The position numbers and the translations under genes are program-made. Shown piece after piece: positions 63,040 through 64,000 of a stretch of 64,000 nt of DNA. Under the pieces are notes generated by a model. That model made no database searches. It saw only the letters and a program-made list of their open reading frames with translations, and had not been told where the DNA came from. Each line of letters begins with the position of its first letter. The first letter of the stretch is position 1. The stretch comes from an uncultured bacterium (GTDB lineage Bacteria; Bacteroidota; Bacteroidia; Chitinophagales; UBA10324): contig CAXBPY010000004.1 in assembly GCA_963977675.1 (NCBI GenBank), positions 4,833 through 68,832 on the forward strand. The letters are read 5' to 3'.

Positions 63040-63792
63040 TTTCAATCCATCATAAGCCAACTCAATTCCTTCAGGTAATTCCTTATTCACTTCATCATGC
63101 AATCCCATTTGGTGGCTGATGTGAGTGAAATAAGTTTTCTCTGCTTTAAAATCATTGGCAACTGAAACTGCTTCCTCTAATGTGAAATGCGAAATATGTT
63201 TTTCGCGGCGCAGTGCATTGAGCACAAGAATTTTTGTTCCGTAAATTTTTTTCTTTTCTTCTTCCGGAATCATGTTCGCATCCGTGATGTAAGTGAAATC
63301 ACCAATGCGAAAACCAAGAACAGGCAAGCGGTGATGGAGCACACGAATCGGTTGCAGCTCTATTCCCGCCGCAAAAAATTTTTCAGAATAATTTATCGTG
63401 TGAAAATTCAACTCAGGAATTCCGGGGTAATTTCTTTCTTCAAAAATGTAAGAGAACTCGCGGCGCAAAACCTGCTGCGTAAATTCAGTTGCATAAACTT
63501 CCGTTGGCTGCTGCATGAAGTAATTGAAAGCACGGATGTCGTCCATTCCAGCTGTGTGATCTTTATGTGAGTGAGTGAACACGAGCGCATCAAGCCGCTT
63601 CACATTTTCGCGCAACATCTGCTGGCGGAAATCAGGACCGCTGTCAATGACCAAAACTTTTCCATCTTGTTCAATCATGATGGAAGCACGCAGTCGTTTG
63701 TTTTTGGAGTCAGATGAATTACAGATTTCGCACGGGCAGCAGATTACAGGAACACCCTGAGAAGTGCCGGTGCCGAGGAAGGTGATTTTCAC
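63022..63792 (-). CDS. MBL-fold metallo-hydrolase (PhnP/RNase-Z-like)
   Basis: 256 aa, GTG start; FLGTGTSQGVP, THSHKDH motif; the start overlaps the upstream stop (GTGA). Confidence 0.85.
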   Translation of the reverse strand: MKITFLGTGTSQGVPVICCPCEICNSSDSKNKRLRASIMIEQDGKVLVIDSGPDFRQQMLRENVKRLDALVFTHSHKDHTAGMDDIRAFNYFMQQPTEVYATEFTQQVLRREFSYIFEERNYPGIPELNFHTINYSEKFFAAGIELQPIRVLHHRLPVLGFRIGDFTYITDANMIPEEEKKKIYGTKILVLNALRREKHISHFTLEEAVSVANDFKAEKTYFTHISHQMGLHDEVNKELPEGIELAYDGLKFVVGG

Positions 63793-64000
63793 ACTTCAAG
63801 TTTTGCCTGCAGAAACGGAAGAAGCATTTGAGTTTCTTTTTCGTCAAGCAATGAGAAATTAATATCAAGCTCCGGAATCATTTCCAGAAAAGAATTGATG
63901 CGAGATTCGATATCGAAATATTTATTCACTACCACAACTCTTTTTTCCTGTAAGATGCAAAATCCACTCTTGAAGGTTCCTTTCTCATAACGAATGGTGT
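63789..64000 (-). CDS. Hypothetical protein, C-terminal fragment (5' end outside window)
   Basis: Open frame from the window edge to TGA 63791-63789 (…KYFDIESRINSFLEMIPELDINFSLLDEKETQMLLPFLQAKLEV), translationally coupled to the MBL gene; not in the supplied track. Confidence 0.6.
   Translation of the reverse strand, partial: TIRYEKGTFKSGFCILQEKRVVVVNKYFDIESRINSFLEMIPELDINFSLLDEKETQMLLPFLQAKLEV

Overview
Low-GC Bacteroidota chromosomal segment from a gliding, T9SS-bearing organism. It holds about 55 protein genes, three tRNAs (Pro-CGG, Gln-TTG, Ala-GGC) and one decayed tRNA-Ala-like copy. Recognisable content: (1) a T9SS/gliding locus, ispF<porV<porU | PorP/SprF-like>gldJ>murF; (2) T9SS-CTD cargo proteins: an M64 metallopeptidase, a GH18 chitinase, a BNR/sialidase-like protein and two proteins of unknown function; (3) prs-rplY-pth; (4) rplA-rplJ-rplL-rpoB, with no rplK upstream and no rpoC downstream; (5) hisS, sucB, engB, murQ, ctp and an acyl-CoA dehydrogenase; (6) scattered aromatic/tryptophan catabolic enzymes (hmgA, 3-hydroxyanthranilate dioxygenase, pterin carbinolamine dehydratase, a DOPA-dioxygenase-like protein); (7) a RelE/ParE toxin-antitoxin pair; (8) a frameshifted porin gene. 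I saw no transposase, integrase, phage gene, CRISPR array or recognisable defence gene, so I cannot point to a novel protein-encoded system. The most unusual signal is non-genic. At least 16 short tracts are built from tandem 7-nt units, in several sequence families that recur at unlinked sites. They sit in intergenic spacers, flank tRNAs, lie just upstream of promoter -7 boxes, overlap gene ends, and in places lie inside coding sequence, where they encode two signal peptides and the SucB inter-domain linker. Canonical Bacteroidota TAnnTTTG -7 boxes are visible upstream of many genes and helped choose start codons. Family assignments come from reading the translations, not from database searches.
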